This document shows, piece by piece, positions 7,165 through 15,425 of a stretch of 21,903 nucleotides of DNA. The first letter of the stretch is position 1. Each line of letters starts with the position of its first letter. A model generated the notes under the pieces. The model saw only the letters and a program-made list of their open reading frames with translations. It did not search any database and was not told where the DNA came from. Both the position numbers and the translations under genes were made by a program. This DNA comes from a virus, in UHGV virus genome UHGV-0149790; one strand, 5' to 3'.

Positions 7165-7730
7165 TGACTTCCACCACTGCAATTGCTATCGCAGCCGATA
7201 TGTCAAAACTCCAGGCACTACTGGAAAACGAAGACGGTGCTGGTCTGTCTCCTGAAATGATCGCCGACACAATGGAAGGTCTTGAGTTACAACTCGGCGA
7301 TAAACTGGATGCCGTTTTCGTCCACGTTCGCAATCTGGAAGGCCTGGCAAAAACCTGCGATGAAGAGGCCAAACGCCTTGCCGCCCGCAAAAAATCATTC
7401 GAAGGTAAGATCACGAACCTGAAGAAATATGTTCTCCAGTGTCTACTGGCCGCCGGTCAGGATACGGTTAAAACCGCCAAAAATACCTTTACCGCACGTA
7501 AGGGAGCTATAAACGTCGTGATCGATAATGATGAATTACTGCCGGATGAATTAGTGACAGTTCAGACGTTAGTCACTCCGGACAAGAAAGCCATCAAGGA
7601 AGCGATTGAATCAGCACAGGCAGCGGCGGCCCAGATTACCGCTGACGGCGGAGAGATACCGGAAGAACTGTTAAACCCAGTGCCGGGCGCTCACCTTGAG
7701 ATTGGCGAACGTTCGCTGCAGGTGCGCTGA
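7164..7730 (+). CDS. Gam-like / Gp157-family protein (candidate DNA-end-binding accessory)
   Basis: 188 aa; start overlaps the upstream stop (TAATG); N-terminal coiled-coil plus a C-terminal pattern resembling Mu Gam; family call from recall, moderate confidence. Confidence 0.5.
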   Translation: MTSTTAIAIAADMSKLQALLENEDGAGLSPEMIADTMEGLELQLGDKLDAVFVHVRNLEGLAKTCDEEAKRLAARKKSFEGKITNLKKYVLQCLLAAGQDTVKTAKNTFTARKGAINVVIDNDELLPDELVTVQTLVTPDKKAIKEAIESAQAAAAQITADGGEIPEELLNPVPGAHLEIGERSLQVR

Positions 7731-7731
7731 T

Positions 7732-7917
7732 ATGCTGAAACTCACACTGAAACGAGGCGACGCGCTTCACGTCGTTTTTCCGGACGGTACTAACGGGATA
7801 ATCGAAGCCTGCGCGCGTTGTGAACTGGCTATGCATTTTCCGCGCAGTGCCAAAATCACCCGCGAAAATGGCGCGTTCCGGAATAAACCAAACCTGATTA
7901 AGCCTAATCAGAAATAA
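7732..7917 (+). CDS. small beta-rich protein (61 aa), CsrA-like or AbrB/MazE-like N-terminus
   Basis: ATG at 7732, 1 nt after the upstream stop; MLKLTLKRGDALHVV...FPRSAKITREN matches CsrA (MLILTRRVGETL...APKEVSVHREE) in length and pattern, but also resembles swapped-hairpin proteins. Confidence 0.5.
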   Translation: MLKLTLKRGDALHVVFPDGTNGIIEACARCELAMHFPRSAKITRENGAFRNKPNLIKPNQK

Positions 7918-7966
7918 CTCGCAACTGTCGTTAGCATTGTGATCTACCTATGAACCGGAGATCACA

Positions 7967-8191
7967 ATGCTACGTTGGCAACCAGGCACACTTTTACTTT
8001 CAGATTTCGATATCAAAATTGGCAGGCTATCAGCCAGCGTTAGAAAGAGGACTCTGACCCAGTCCGATATCCAACGCGCTTGCGATACGGCAGACAACGC
8101 GATAGCCGGCATGCTGAGGAAAGACCATGAGACACGATCACGACATCATCACCAGAGAGGAAATGATCGAACTGACGGGGACCCCACTTAA
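7967..8191 (+). CDS. hypothetical small basic protein
   Basis: 74-aa ORF whose ATG sits in the 3' arm of an 11-bp perfect inverted repeat; overlaps the excisionase-like ORF in another frame; weak support. Confidence 0.3.
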   Translation: MLRWQPGTLLLSDFDIKIGRLSASVRKRTLTQSDIQRACDTADNAIAGMLRKDHETRSRHHHQRGNDRTDGDPT

Positions 8192-8372
8192 ATCGAGGCA
8201 GTGTGAAGCGCTACGTCGGGCCGGTGTCTTTTTCATGGAAAGGGCAGACGGCCATCCTAAAACGACGTGGGGCCATTTCCTGAACCCGATTAAATACCGC
8301 AACCAGCAGGAAGAGACGGTGCGGGAGGAAGAACCAGACTTCGGAGCTATCTTTAATGGCCGGAAAACGTAA
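8127..8372 (+). CDS. excisionase-like DNA-binding protein
   Basis: 81-aa ORF immediately upstream of and overlapping the integrase start; the ITREEMIELTG...ALRRAGVFF segment fits small winged-helix excisionases; positional support. Confidence 0.5.
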   Translation: MRHDHDIITREEMIELTGTPLKSRQCEALRRAGVFFMERADGHPKTTWGHFLNPIKYRNQQEETVREEEPDFGAIFNGRKT

Positions 8373-9372
8373 GAACCCCGCTGATAACTGGATGCCGCCC
8401 CGCGTGTATCGCGGTAAGGCGGCGTATGAATTCAGGAATAAAGATAACAAGGCTATCAGGCTATGTGCGCTCTCCGAGCCTCAATCAGCTGTATGGCTGG
8501 CATATGAAAAAGCCATGGGAGAAGAAGTCGAGCGCAAGACGTTTCAGGCTCTGGCCGATCAATTCATGTCTTCCCCTGACTGGCAGGATTTAGCGGCAGA
8601 AACCCGAAAAGACTACACGAAATACGCAGGCAAAGTGTTGCCGGTGTTCGGGAAGGTTAACCCCGATAAAATTAAACCGGAACACATCCGGCGCTATATG
8701 GATCAGCGTGGCATGGCCAGTAAAACGCAGGCCAACCGGGAAAAGAGTTTTCTTTCTCGGGTATTCCGCTGGGGTTATGAGCGGGGTTACGTCCAGCATA
8801 ATCCCTGTCAGGGCGTTAAGAAGTTCAAAGAGGCAGCCCGGGAGCGTTACATCACCGACGAAGAATACAAAGCGGTTTACGATGTTGCTCCAGACGTAGT
8901 TCGCGCCACCATGGAAATCGCTTATTTGTGTCTGGCCAGACAAAGCGATGTGCTGGCTTTGACTGAAGACCAGATACGCGAAACCGGGATCTTTATCCGC
9001 CAGGGGAAAACAGGCGTGAAGCAAATCAAAGCATGGTCGCCACGCCTGCGCGCCGCTGTCGCCCTCGCCCGTTCCCTGCCGTTAAAGCCGGGTATCCGTA
9101 GCCTGTTTGTCATTCACCAGACCAGCGGCAGCAAATACACCCGTGACGGTTTTAATTCACGCTGGCGCGACGCGAAAATCGCAGCGCAGGAAAAGAACCC
9201 ACACCTGCAGATAGATTTCACTTTCCACGATCTGAAAGCGAAAGGTGTCTCTGATCTGGAAGGAAGCCTCGAGGAGAAACAGGCGATTTCAGGCCATAAG
9301 AATTCGAGACAAACGGCGATTTACGACAGGAAAACTAAAATTGTGCCGGTTGTTGGTGGTCAGAAAAAATGA
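8356..9372 (+). CDS. int: tyrosine site-specific integrase (lambda Int family)
   Basis: 338 aa; C-terminal catalytic region with HDLKAKGVSD, GHKNSRQTAIY and the terminal Tyr; 3' end faces the att core 120 bp away. Confidence 0.9.
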   Translation: MAGKRKNPADNWMPPRVYRGKAAYEFRNKDNKAIRLCALSEPQSAVWLAYEKAMGEEVERKTFQALADQFMSSPDWQDLAAETRKDYTKYAGKVLPVFGKVNPDKIKPEHIRRYMDQRGMASKTQANREKSFLSRVFRWGYERGYVQHNPCQGVKKFKEAARERYITDEEYKAVYDVAPDVVRATMEIAYLCLARQSDVLALTEDQIRETGIFIRQGKTGVKQIKAWSPRLRAAVALARSLPLKPGIRSLFVIHQTSGSKYTRDGFNSRWRDAKIAAQEKNPHLQIDFTFHDLKAKGVSDLEGSLEEKQAISGHKNSRQTAIYDRKTKIVPVVGGQKK

Positions 9373-9433
9373 ATCGCTATGCGTTCGTTGAAAAATCATC
9401 TTCGGACGCATCTTCGGAAAGGAGAGTTTCAGA

Positions 9434-9458
9434 TACAAAAAAACCACCCGTAGGTGGT
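9434..9458 (-). terminator. intrinsic terminator between int and the att core, strongest on the minus strand
   Basis: AACCACC-cgta-GGTGGTT stem (9441-9458) preceded by AAAAAAA (9434-9440), a T7 run after the hairpin on the minus strand. Confidence 0.55.
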
Positions 9459-9492
9459 TTCACGACACTGCTTATTGCTTTGATTATTCTGC

Positions 9493-9548
9493 TTTATCCC
9501 AATGGTACCCGGAGCGGGACTTGAACCCGCACAGCGCGAACGCCGAGG
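9493..9548 (-). other. att core: 56-nt 3'-terminal fragment of tRNA-Leu (anticodon UAA), not an intact tRNA gene
   Basis: Minus strand reads ATTTAAAATCCCTCGGCGTTCGCGCTGTGCGGGTTCAAGTCCCGCTCCGGGTACCA: anticodon loop, long variable arm, T-arm GGTTCAAGTCC, acceptor 3' strand and CCA. The 5' half of the tRNA is absent (sequence diverges at 9549). Confidence 0.75.
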
Positions 9549-9696
9549 GATTTTAAATTGGTGGTGATTATTCTAAATATCAAATAGATATGAAAAAAAT
9601 CCGAACATACGCTAATAAACTAGCATCATGAAAACAATAAGTTACAGCAATGTTTTAGACTATCTTCTGACGCTTATCATACCTCAAATTCAATAT

Positions 9697-9936
9697 TTAT
9701 TCAGTCGCGCGGTACCACGATTGCCAGCGGTAGATATTCGTACGTAACTCCCGCACACACTCTGCTGACTGTGTATCCGCCAGCAGATCAGCGTCGCTAT
9801 CTGCGCCAGCGTTACTTATCTTGCACGGTCGGTTCATCAAATCCGGGGATGGCGTTGGCCGCGTCGATTGCTCGTTGGCGCAGCTGCACAGCAGCAGGAT
9901 CAAACTGGCACACAGTACGATTCGGGTCATTGACAT
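9697..9936 (-). CDS. Rz1-like o-spanin (outer-membrane lipoprotein), overlapping the Rz gene
   Basis: Signal-like N-terminus MSMTRIVLCASLILLLCSCANE with Cys near the cleavage region, Pro-rich mature part; out-of-frame overlap with Rz and extends past it. Confidence 0.5.
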   Translation of the reverse strand: MSMTRIVLCASLILLLCSCANEQSTRPTPSPDLMNRPCKISNAGADSDADLLADTQSAECVRELRTNIYRWQSWYRATE

Positions 9937-10171
9937 ATTTCACCACATCACGATAAACGGTACGGTAAATCACTTTGGCTTCGGCGTTCGCCGTCGCTGC
10001 TTTCTGCTCACCAGCGGCAACTGCCTTTTCCTGCTTCGGTAGCCTTTGTTTAGCCTGGCTGTTTACTTGCTCTGAATGTGCGTACCAGCCTTTCAGATAC
10101 CCCGCCCAGTAAATCCCGGCGCATACCGCCAGCACGCCACCAACAATCACCAGTTTGGTTTTTCCGTTCAT
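9812..10171 (-). CDS. Rz-like i-spanin
   Basis: N-terminal TM segment (KLVIVGGVLAVCAGIYWAGYL) then a charged, Ala/Gln-rich periplasmic domain; ATG at 10171 overlaps the endolysin stop (ATGA). Confidence 0.7.
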   Translation of the reverse strand: MNGKTKLVIVGGVLAVCAGIYWAGYLKGWYAHSEQVNSQAKQRLPKQEKAVAAGEQKAATANAEAKVIYRTVYRDVVKYVNDPNRTVCQFDPAAVQLRQRAIDAANAIPGFDEPTVQDK

Positions 10172-10704
10172 TCGTACAGCCCCCAGCACGTCAAAGCGCT
10201 TTCCTGATCGCGGCGGTCAACCTGCCCGTAGCAGCCATTCTTCTGGCCTTTGGTCAGTCGGCAATCCCGGCCTCCGTCGAACACCCATCGCCGGATCTCC
10301 GCGCATGCACCTTTACGGTCGCCTGCGTTCAGCTTGCGATAGAACGTTGAGGGGAAGCATTTACCCGGCCCGATGTTGTACGGGCAGAATGAGGCTATGC
10401 CGACCTTCTGCGGCGGCGTCAAAGAAACGAGCACATTCTTTTCTACCCAGGCAAGCGCCTTATCACGCTCAATGGCGTTTACCTTCCTGCACTGTTCCTC
10501 AGTTGCTCTTTGGCCCTTAATGACACGCTTGCCATCTATAACGGTTACTCCGTGGCACAATGACCACACACCGCCGGGGTCAACAACGGCCACCAGCGCG
10601 TTACCTTCTTTTTCGCTGATAAACTGATCGAACAGTATCGGTGCAGATGCACCGGCGGCCAGAAGCGCCAGCATAGCGGCGCTGAACTTAGCTTTGTTGC
10701 TCAT
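10168..10704 (-). CDS. SAR endolysin (T4-type lysozyme fold, phage 21 R-like)
   Basis: Start at 10704 ([25 protein letters not shown] = signal-anchor-release segment); catalytic-region pattern E...D...T and C-terminal [14 protein letters not shown]...ALTCWG resemble recalled R21; overlaps the holin 3' end. Confidence 0.85.
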   Translation of the reverse strand: MSNKAKFSAAMLALLAAGASAPILFDQFISEKEGNALVAVVDPGGVWSLCHGVTVIDGKRVIKGQRATEEQCRKVNAIERDKALAWVEKNVLVSLTPPQKVGIASFCPYNIGPGKCFPSTFYRKLNAGDRKGACAEIRRWVFDGGRDCRLTKGQKNGCYGQVDRRDQESALTCWGLYE

Positions 10705-10918
10705 AGTCCTGTGCCTTCCGCCGGTCGTCTTTGATTTTGAAGTACAAATTAGTGAGGTAGGTAAGCAGCCCAAAAACAATACTGGCCAGTACGCCAATAG
10801 CCGCCCACTGGCTGGGGCTTACCTTATCGAGAAGTTGCAGCAGCCAGTAGCTCCCGCTGACAGTGGATGTGATGTACGACGTGCCAGCCGCCACATCCGG
10901 TAAATTCTTCATTCGCAT
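10688..10918 (-). CDS. pinholin (class II holin, phage 21 S-like) with dual-start motif
   Basis: 76 aa; ...[43 protein letters not shown] matches recalled S21; starts Met-Arg-Met, the classic antiholin/holin dual start. Confidence 0.85.
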   Translation of the reverse strand: MRMKNLPDVAAGTSYITSTVSGSYWLLQLLDKVSPSQWAAIGVLASIVFGLLTYLTNLYFKIKDDRRKAQDYEQQS

Positions 10919-10975
10919 GCCTTACCCCCATGGGGATCACTATGTGGAGTGATGCGAGGGTAAGGCGAAGCTAAG

Positions 10976-10989
10976 GTCAGAATCCTGAC
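10976..10989. repeat. 14-bp palindrome GTCAGAATCCTGAC (copy 1 of 2)
   Basis: Perfect inverted repeat 57 nt upstream of the holin start on the minus strand, at the edge of an AT-rich island. Confidence 0.6.
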
Positions 10990-11000
10990 TAAATGAAATT

Positions 11001-11270
11001 CTATATTTGGAGTTTTCTTTTAAGTGATTCCTCTGCCTCTTCAAGAGGGCTTCCTGACCCAGAATACACAAAAGAATGGGTAAGCTCCCCACAGGAAAGA
11101 CAACCATCAATGCTAACTTTAAATGAAACAGTCGCTGTTCCATTATTTAGCGATATTAACGATACAGCCTGGTATTCAACTTCAATCGATGTATCTTCTG
11201 ATGGCATCCATACACCTAGCGTTGGATATGCTATAGATTTTCCTATGGTCTGCGTCACTCTGAAAGTCAT
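11001..11270 (-). CDS. hypothetical protein in an AT-rich island between tailspike and holin
   Basis: ATG at 11270 with GAGG 5 nt upstream, overlapping the tailspike stop; 89 aa, beta-rich; a plus-strand ORF (10993..11283) covers the same DNA, so strand is uncertain. Confidence 0.35.
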   Translation of the reverse strand: MTFRVTQTIGKSIAYPTLGVWMPSEDTSIEVEYQAVSLISLNNGTATVSFKVSIDGCLSCGELTHSFVYSGSGSPLEEAEESLKRKLQI

Positions 11271-11277
11271 ATTAGCC

Positions 11278-13797
11278 TCATGAATTAAAAGGAACAACAT
11301 AATCAAAAGTACACTGGAGAGTAAAATCAAAAGTACCAGCTGCTTGAGAATATATTTCTTGGGCTGACGATTTTATAATCGTCATTTGATTTGTCCCTGC
11401 AGGAACAAGCGGCATAACAAAAACTCCTGTAGCCGTGCTTAGAATTATGCTTCCTTTAGACCCACCCTCCTGTATTGAGGCGGCTGTAAAAGGAAGACCA
11501 CTAATGACTATGGCTCCCGCAGTACTAACCAGTAAAGAGGTTGATCTGACTCTTATATCGCAACGAACAACATCACCAAACCTACGGTAAATTCCAGTAA
11601 TGGATGATGGCGTTACGCTTGCCCCGCCAATTGTAATAGTTGGTGTGAATGAGCCATAAAGATACTTAAACTGAGCAGCATTACCACCGGGAAAAGCTAT
11701 TGGCGGCATATAGGCATCATTTCGATTAAAAACATACTTATCGGATAAATTTGTTCCGTTTAACTCCTGAAGACCGAAAAGACGATAGTTTGAATTATCT
11801 CCAAGCTTTCTTTGAGCAACTATATTCTCACCGGCACCGATTCTTGTGCCGTTAAATTCATTAACTGGGGCAGCCTGAACCGCGCCACCTTTTACAATAT
11901 CAAGGGCGAAAATATTTCCTCTTGTTGCCATCGCTGGAAATGTTGAAAGAGATGGTTCGTAGGGATCAACATTATTAACATTAAATCTATTTCCAGCAAC
12001 ATCACCAAGGCCATACTTGATGATTCCTACCCTTTCCAGTATAAGAGTCCTTATTTTACTGTTACCAACATATGATTTAAATCCGTCAACGAATTGAGCA
12101 GAGTGGTAGAATGGCGTTCTTGGAGACCACAGCACTTTAGCCTCACCAATATTGCAATGCAATATCTCCCTTCCCGGAAGTGAAATAATAGTTCTTGCGC
12201 GCCCAGCTATACCTCTATAGGTATCAACTGGGTAAACCCCATTCTGCTGATTATTTGACAACCGACCACCGCTGGCCGTAGGCAAGCAGTTTGCAGACTT
12301 GAAAACATACGTATCAAACCAAGTGTCAAGAGCGGCATATGCTGGATGTGTCCAGTCCATGCCGGTATCACCATAATAATGAAACTTGTCTACATGGTAC
12401 GAATCATTCCATCCCGCCCGATGAATATCTGATGCCGGGTACGGCGGAAGGTACTGAGACGCGTATGCATGATTTCTCGTTAGCCAGCGCCCGCCAAAAA
12501 CAGGGCCTGTAATATTATACCAATATAATGTCAGCCCAGTTTGCGCCAGAGAATCAGATCCTTGATAACAAGCAGGAATGGCACACCCTGAGTACATCAT
12601 ATTATTTTCTACACAGCGGTTTACAGTCCCGTCTACCCATTGCCCAATAAAGAATCCGCTAATCCTGAAATCAGAAAGGTGATACTTTATGTATTGATCT
12701 GGTCCGCTGTCACCTGCGATGTATAGACCCATGGAAGATGTATGATCCCATGGTCCCGCAGTTTTTGAAAAATTACCAATAATCCCACAATTGTGTTGGT
12801 TTTCACCAACAATCATTGAATCATCATAAACACGCAGTGCTGCTTTTGCCTTAACTGGTATTTCAGGAGCAATATTTGAATCACCGTTCCCTATCCACCC
12901 TGGGTATACAGTCCCATCGTCGAATGGCAAATTAAACTCTATCGGTGAAGATATGCACGGATACATTTTAGTTAAATATACCGGAAGGTTATTAGCTTTT
13001 CCGTAATCTATAGCTGCCTGTAGAAATTTAGTTGCATCAGCAGTGATGCCGTGAATATATCTTTCACCATTAATCCTTATCATTTCAGGGGTTACGTATT
13101 TTATTGCATCTTCAACGGTGCCTCCAGTAAGAACCCCTATATGCCCGCTACCTGTCGGTTTGGCATACTCAATCATTACATCTGCTGCACTTCCACTCGA
13201 AGGCAATACCATCAATGGATTGCCATTATTATCCATTGCAACGATTTTATTTTTTCGTTCTGCAATGGAAGGTAACGGTGTGATGCTAGACTCCGGAACG
13301 CGTAGAGTACGAGCTAGATTAATTTTTCCATTTTCAATTACAAATTTTTTAGTAGCTGCATCCTGATCGTTAACTGGATCGGCCAGATTTGCTATCCGGT
13401 AGCCGTTAGCGTTGAAAGGTCCACCGCCGAACAGCGGGCGACTTAGGGCCACTCCGAGATAAATAAACGCGCGCTGAGTAGCCATCCAGAGACGGTCAAA
13501 ATCTTTGTTAACTGTATCGGCCAGCAGGTCGCCGTTGTCCTGGTAATCAGTGAGCCTGTAAGTCGGCGTTACACGTTCAAAAATGACTGTAGCGCCATTG
13601 GCCGGCGCGGTCAGAAAAGTAACTTCGCCACCGCCAGTATTACCCACACCAGACACTGTATAGCCGGACGTTACTTCGTTGCCGTTGATTGTGACCTGAA
13701 TATCGCTGGCGCTGATCAGGTAAAACTCATAGGCAAAGACAGTCGTCAGCCCGTTGGCGGTATAGATGTTATAGGGTGTCTGGTTCGGTACCGACAT
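11278..13797 (-). CDS. tailspike / tail fibre with T7 gp17-like N-terminal adaptor domain and probable beta-helix depolymerase body
   Basis: 839 aa; N-terminal approx. 150 aa (...NANGYRIANLADPVNDQDAATKKFV) parallel recalled T7 gp17 (...RGRRIVNLANAVDDRDAVPFGQL); Gly/Asn/Ser/Thr-rich repetitive body typical of polysaccharide depolymerases. Confidence 0.8.
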   Translation of the reverse strand: MSVPNQTPYNIYTANGLTTVFAYEFYLISASDIQVTINGNEVTSGYTVSGVGNTGGGEVTFLTAPANGATVIFERVTPTYRLTDYQDNGDLLADTVNKDFDRLWMATQRAFIYLGVALSRPLFGGGPFNANGYRIANLADPVNDQDAATKKFVIENGKINLARTLRVPESSITPLPSIAERKNKIVAMDNNGNPLMVLPSSGSAADVMIEYAKPTGSGHIGVLTGGTVEDAIKYVTPEMIRINGERYIHGITADATKFLQAAIDYGKANNLPVYLTKMYPCISSPIEFNLPFDDGTVYPGWIGNGDSNIAPEIPVKAKAALRVYDDSMIVGENQHNCGIIGNFSKTAGPWDHTSSMGLYIAGDSGPDQYIKYHLSDFRISGFFIGQWVDGTVNRCVENNMMYSGCAIPACYQGSDSLAQTGLTLYWYNITGPVFGGRWLTRNHAYASQYLPPYPASDIHRAGWNDSYHVDKFHYYGDTGMDWTHPAYAALDTWFDTYVFKSANCLPTASGGRLSNNQQNGVYPVDTYRGIAGRARTIISLPGREILHCNIGEAKVLWSPRTPFYHSAQFVDGFKSYVGNSKIRTLILERVGIIKYGLGDVAGNRFNVNNVDPYEPSLSTFPAMATRGNIFALDIVKGGAVQAAPVNEFNGTRIGAGENIVAQRKLGDNSNYRLFGLQELNGTNLSDKYVFNRNDAYMPPIAFPGGNAAQFKYLYGSFTPTITIGGASVTPSSITGIYRRFGDVVRCDIRVRSTSLLVSTAGAIVISGLPFTAASIQEGGSKGSIILSTATGVFVMPLVPAGTNQMTIIKSSAQEIYSQAAGTFDFTLQCTFDYVVPFNS

Positions 13798-13814
13798 ACG
13801 AGGAACTCCGGCGG

Positions 13815-15425
13815 CTAGTAATCTACGGCGACCATGTGATCGCCATCATTTGGTTGCCAATGTTCCCGCGCCTGTGCGGTCGGAATCCCGACCAATTTAC
13901 CAATGCGCACTGGTGTTGAGCTGATTGCGCCAGAGCCAGAGTCGATAAAGTCATCTGGCTGATTAGTCAGCGCCGGGTTAAAGTCGCGCATCTGGTCATA
14001 CATTGGGCCGTCGAGCACGTCGGTATGCGCCCAGAGGAAGCGCGACGACAGCGGCGCTTCGAATGCATCGAGGATGCGCTTTTGTTTATTGGTCACGCTG
14101 AATTCTTCCCGTACGCCGCAGCCGGTACCCTTTAGTGCCTGAATCAGCAATTTCCCGGCAAAGCTGCCCGGGCCGTTCACCTCGACGCAGACCAGCGGGA
14201 TCTGGTATTTAAGCACCAGCTCTTTAATCTGCATCACCTGACCGCCGGTGATTTTGTCGTTGTCGTCGAATTCCGCCAGTTCGCCCGTAAGCCCCTGGCA
14301 AACATGCCAGTACAGATGCCCGCGTGCGTCGGTGAAAATCAGAGAGAACGCCGAGGCGTCGGCCTTAACTTTGCCGGTGGCCACATCCCACCAGGCAACA
14401 GCACCAACAATTTGCGTCTGGCCAAGCCACATCGAGCAGGAGCGGTTCGCGTACCGGATTTCAGGCTGTACGTTGTATTCGCGTATGCGGTCGGGATCGA
14501 GACGAACCTCGCCAACCGGTTTACTGTGCAGCTGGTACTGGCTGTCCCATTCGTTAATTGTGCGAGTCTCGCGACGGCGCTTTGTCATTTCCTCCGGAGT
14601 GAACCTTTCTGGCCATTCACAATCGGCGTAACAGTCAACCGTGGTGCCGGGAGCCTCGGCAAACTCGATACCGTCATCGTTAAGACGATAATCAACACCT
14701 TCAACGAGCAGTCGCGCGCCAATGTGAATACCGACGAAAACATATTCCGGCCGGAACGGTAACGAGTAACGGCTCGCGGTGGCCTGTTTTTCCTCGATTC
14801 TAAATTCTTTACCGAATAGTTTGATGGTCAGACAGTCGGCGCCCATAGATTCAACCTCATCGTAAAGGCTATCGTGGGTATGCGGCGTGCCGATAAACAG
14901 CTTTCGCCCGCCGGGGACAAGAATGTGTGTCTGTTCACCGAGACGATAACGCAGCTTTTCCCGCGCCTCTGGCGTCTGGATATTGCGGGGTACTTCTACG
15001 TCATCGTTCTGGCATTCATCAGCGCGGGCCGAGGTAACGTTAGAGAGGATCCCCTTTGCGTACATGCTGCCGTTACGCATATCCAGAGAGCCGTTAACCC
15101 ACCACTGTTCAACGGTTCCCTGTCCGTCCGGTAGCATGCCTTTGGTCAGTGGGTGATTGCGTAAAACGTTCTGCGTATCGCGGCTGGTTTTGTACGCGGT
15201 GCCGTCAGCTTCAGACTGGTGAAGAATGCGGTACTGGCGGTTCTGGTAATATCGCCATGCGTTATACACCGCCAGAATGGTAGATTTACCAAAGCCACGA
15301 AAACAGCGAAGCACCGCGAGATCCCCGCGGTGTTCCAACCAGTGGCAGGCTCGATAATGGCAGTCGGGAACCTCCCACCCCATCCGCTCCGCCCATATGA
15401 TGAAAAAGGCGACGAATGAAATCAT
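13815..15425 (-). CDS. terminase large subunit, T7 gp19 type
   Basis: 536 aa; CFRGFGKSTI (cf. T7 AFRGIGKSFI) and TSARADECQNDDVEVPRNIQTPEAREKL (cf. T7 [27 protein letters not shown]); start overlaps the upstream stop (ATGA). Confidence 0.9.
   Translation of the reverse strand: MISFVAFFIIWAERMGWEVPDCHYRACHWLEHRGDLAVLRCFRGFGKSTILAVYNAWRYYQNRQYRILHQSEADGTAYKTSRDTQNVLRNHPLTKGMLPDGQGTVEQWWVNGSLDMRNGSMYAKGILSNVTSARADECQNDDVEVPRNIQTPEAREKLRYRLGEQTHILVPGGRKLFIGTPHTHDSLYDEVESMGADCLTIKLFGKEFRIEEKQATASRYSLPFRPEYVFVGIHIGARLLVEGVDYRLNDDGIEFAEAPGTTVDCYADCEWPERFTPEEMTKRRRETRTINEWDSQYQLHSKPVGEVRLDPDRIREYNVQPEIRYANRSCSMWLGQTQIVGAVAWWDVATGKVKADASAFSLIFTDARGHLYWHVCQGLTGELAEFDDNDKITGGQVMQIKELVLKYQIPLVCVEVNGPGSFAGKLLIQALKGTGCGVREEFSVTNKQKRILDAFEAPLSSRFLWAHTDVLDGPMYDQMRDFNPALTNQPDDFIDSGSGAISSTPVRIGKLVGIPTAQAREHWQPNDGDHMVAVDY

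Noticed and set aside
9493-9548. Intact tRNA-Leu gene
   Set aside because: Only the 3' half is present; the D-arm and 5' acceptor strand are missing, so it is an att core fragment.
9373-9700. Prophage-host chromosome junction
   Set aside because: Phage lysis and structural genes continue on the far side of the att core, so no host DNA is evident in the window.
10930-10960. Possible T7/SP6-class phage RNA polymerase promoter (GATCACTATGTGGAG)
   Set aside because: Only loose resemblance to the CACTATAG core, and it is oriented against the minus-strand late genes; not convincing.
10993-11283. Plus-strand 96-aa ORF in the AT-rich island
   Set aside because: No Shine-Dalgarno sequence and it runs against the operon; the minus-strand ORF with an RBS was preferred, but this remains unresolved (see finding).
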